Assembly: GCF_009914755.1 (NCBI RefSeq)
Contig: NC_060930.1
Strand: one strand, 5' to 3'
Source: the human T2T-CHM13v2.0 reference genome, Homo sapiens
DNA: 64,000 bases
Made by a program: the position numbers and the translations under genes. Shown in pieces: positions 60,304 to 64,000 of this stretch. The notes beneath the pieces are model-generated. The model was given only the letters and a program-made list of their open reading frames with translations. It made no database searches and was not told where the DNA came from. Each line of letters opens with the position of its first letter. Position 1 is the stretch's first letter.

Positions 60304-61739
60304 TAATGTACTACTGAACAAGAATAAAGGAAGCATCCTTACTTTGGATAAAGGTAAAAAAATTGACACTACTACATTTGGATTACAACAATAAAACTAT
60401 AATTTACTAAAAATAGGGCTAAAAATGATAAATGTTAAAATCCTCTATTAATCATGAGTGTATCAATTCGCATTTAACAACCAGCACTTATTATTAGATA
60501 TTCCTGGCAACCAATCAAATTACTAAAGCACAAGAAGACATAGGTAAACATTTATTAGATATGCCATGAAAATATAAGCTACCTCAAATAGGGTTAATTT
60601 ATGCTGCCCTAGCTATATAAGACTGTATAATTCACTGACTAGTCTTCATTCATGAAGTTATGTAAATAAGCCAAGGAAAGTAATCCACAATAGTGAGATG
60701 TGGTTCCACAGCTCCAAGCTATGTAATAGATCCACACTTGGCAGTTCAGAGCCAGCTCAGGACTCTCATGCAGCTCTTCTCAAGAAACCCAAGCTTTTAA
60801 GTGATAAATAGTTTCAGGTTATTATTACTGAATTATATACAGAACACTACTCTGAATGTGAAACATTCCTTATAAATTTCACTTAAAAATCACTTTAATA
60901 TTTATCAGCTTGTATGTTTGAGTTGAGGAGAGCTTTAACTGCTATATTTTATTAAAAGAAATCAACAATACTTTACATCTCCTAAAATCTAAAAGATATC
61001 TGTATTAAAAAGTATAATTTAAAAAACCAGAGGACTAAGTGTACATTATGTACCATGACAGCAAAAATACAAGTAGTCATATTTCTAAGCCAACTATAAA
61101 AAATATTATCTTACAATCAATTCACCAATATAGCAAGACATTGTACAATATATTTAGAAACATAAGACATATTTCAGCAGTCCCTGAAATACTAGGACCC
61201 CAGAAAATACAACAAAACGTATAGTTTATTAAGTATAAAATTTTAAAACAGTAAATATTTTGAATGCATTTCTCCTTTACTGTAAATTTTTTCTTTAATG
61301 AAAACAATGTTTTCTTAAGCATATGTATTTTTTGGAGGTAAAATAATTTATGTCATCCAACTGATGCTTGAATAAATTTTCTATACATTCTTAATATGCA
61401 TTCAATTAATCTGAGATATGAATTCATTTTTGCAACTTATATTTATAAACATGAATAACTTAATACTATAATGCTATAAATAAATGTGTATTTTACACCT
61501 TAACATTTTCTTGAACATAGACTATGTTATAATTTTTATTTGGTATTTATAACATACAGAAGAAAATAAAGATAATCATACACGTTAATTTTACTTGCTC
61601 ATAATTACTTATACAAATTTAATATAAATCAATTGTTTTTGTTTTAGAAAAATTTTTTAGCAATCTAGACTAACTTATCAAATTCTTACCTGATGCCAGA
61701 CTAATCTATATAACATATAGACTTGTGCTGAATATCAGC

Positions 61740-61935
61740 AGTGTTTAAGAATCAAGTAGACCTATGTTCAAATCATAGCTCAGCATTTATATACTAGATA
61801 AACTTGGGCAAGTTCACCCGCACTTCAATTTTTATCTGTAAGATGGAGATAACAGTACCTGCCTTACAAGGGTGCTGTGGGAACAACAAACAATAATTAC
61901 AAAGTACTAGGAAGACACCTGGCACATGGAAGTGA
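61740..61935 (+). mobile_element. MIR
   Basis: gacctatgttcaaatc...cttgggcaagtt...atctgtaagatggagataacagtacctgcctta. Confidence 0.8.
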
Positions 61936-64000
61936 TCTATTTGGTAGGCCAACGTTTAGTTGTTTTACAGAAGTTTTTCTAACATTCACCCAGATTTATT
62001 TGTTAAACTTCCCATTCATTGGGACCAAGACCAATACTGATCTACTTGTGGCAAGAGGAAAGCAAAACTGAACTACTATTTACATATAACAATTCTTCAA
62101 ATATTTGGAAACTGCTATCATATCTCTGGTATGACTTTCTCTTTCTTGAACTAAACATCACCAGTTCTCAATGCTGTTTTTCATAAATGATGGTTTTTCA
62201 TGGTTTGACACTATATGAGTTCTATGTACTTTATACTTCTTCAATACTAAAAAGTATACGTTCAAGCAAGATAATTTGCTGAAGAAATTTTTTTAAAAAT
62301 TTATAAATGCTTCACGTCTAAATTGTTCTTAGCTTGATAATATGGTTTAATATGATTATATTTTCAAAAATATATGAGCTTGAACATCAACTCCAGTTAG
62401 AAACTTGAAAAAAACTTTAGTAACTTAAAATTATCATGAAACTACAGATCTTTCACCCACACTATTGAAAATTTCCTTAGGCCTCAGATTTTCTAGTTGG
62501 AATTTTAAAAATTATTCTTTTCTTTTTTTCTTTTGTTCCAATTGGAATTTATAAACATATTCTCTGAATTGTTTTCTCTCTTTAGGGCATTAAGTGGTTA
62601 AATGAAGATGTCAGTTTTGTGGTGGGAAAAAACTTTGAAATGGAAGTGAAGAAGCCAAGGTTCTATTCTCAATTCCAAAGCATAAGCATATTTCACTTTG
62701 GGCATAGTATTAGGCTTAGTTTTCTCATCTGTAAATAAGCAGTTGGACTAGGAGAACTTGATGATGCTTTAGAAGATTTAATGACAAGATCAACATAATG
62801 ATGATCTATTAAATACCATCTTTGAAATACTTTTTTTATAAAATAAAATTATTAGGGACCTGATCAGAAGATGTTAAAAATATGATTTAATAAATATAAC
62901 CTACAATTTAAGGAAAAAATTAGAATATTATCCATTTTAACTTTTAAGTAAGTAATATAACTCAACAGTATTTTGGCAATGATTCAAATTATAAAGACAG
63001 AATATATAATGATATGAATTTAAGATACATATATATGATGACTATAGAGTATATCTTCTTTATATCACATTTGATTATAAGTTTTTGATACACTCATAAC
63101 TGTTATTTATGTTGAAAGCATTTAAATTGAAAACTTGATATTGTTACAGGTATTTATATAAAAGCATTTAGCCAAACCAACAAACTGAGGTGTTCAAGTT
63201 TTGGTCTGTATAGTGAAGGTAGTATGAATTGTGAGAATCTCCATATGCAAGGAGTCCACAATCACTGAGAAAAAATAACAAAACTGAGGGTGGAAAGGCT
63301 GTGGGAAAAAAAAAAAGCTTTCAAACTCAGTGCTGGTTTGTAGAGTTGGGGCAGCATTTTCAGTTACAGGTCTGTCTTATTATATATGCAAATACTTGAC
63401 TTTATACCTGATTTGAGAAAATGGAGGAATCACAGTTGTTCAATGAATAAGACATTATATTTGAAACCATATAGTACACCCAATCAGTATTCACTTAGTA
63501 TAGACAATTAGTGTTCAAGCTGGGATTTTAGGACCAAAAGGGAAAACTGCTGATTTGCTTGGTCCAATGCATACATGACAAAGTAGATGACCAAATTCCA
63601 TTTCTGTAACAAAAATGAAATAGATACTCCATATGTGAAATATGTCTACTAAGTGTCACCACAGAACAGAAATTATTAATCTTTATGTAAATTATGAGAA
63701 ACTAATGCTGTAAGGAAGCAGTTTAAAAATTTTTTTTAGCTGTGGAATTTGTTCTTACAACAAACTCTTGTAGCAGCTCAATATATTAAAAATAAATAAA
63801 TAAACAAAAAGATTAAAGCGACTGAAGTGGATCTGAGAGAAATCCACATCTCTTTTCTCACTTCCAAACAGCACACTTCTCCCTACTCCTAACCTCATGA
63901 CAGCAATTCCTGTGACACCTCAGAGCAACCTGAAGCAGTCTAAATATTACAGGTATAGGAGGAAATCTTCCAGTGGAAAGGGACTGTGGAAAATTATATT

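Overview
This window is AT-rich primate (human-like) genomic DNA from inside ASCC3, a large gene on the minus strand encoding a Ski2/Brr2-like dual-cassette helicase of the ASC-1/RQT complex. I read 13 consecutive GT-AG coding exons by hand (2057 nt, all splice phases compatible, no stops). They run from RecA2 of the N-terminal helicase cassette through the WH and Sec63 (HB/HLH/IG) domains and the linker, to the Q-motif, Walker A and motif Ia of the C-terminal cassette. The rest is intron, rich in Alu, L1, Tigger/MER DNA-transposon, MIR and LTR remnants; the other ORF-track entries are repeat-derived or chance ORFs. I see no new protein-coding system. The most interesting unexplained structures are: a 47-nt candidate poison or alternative-last exon at 41.4 kb; a complex locally templated insertion at 29.7-29.9 kb that creates a 129-bp non-Alu inverted repeat; an Alu whose tail is replaced by a fold-back hairpin; a possible 810-nt in-frame circRNA bracketed by inverted Alus; a twin-primed L1; and CTCF-like motifs. 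Repeat subfamily calls come from memory of consensus sequences, and boundaries of old repeats are approximate.
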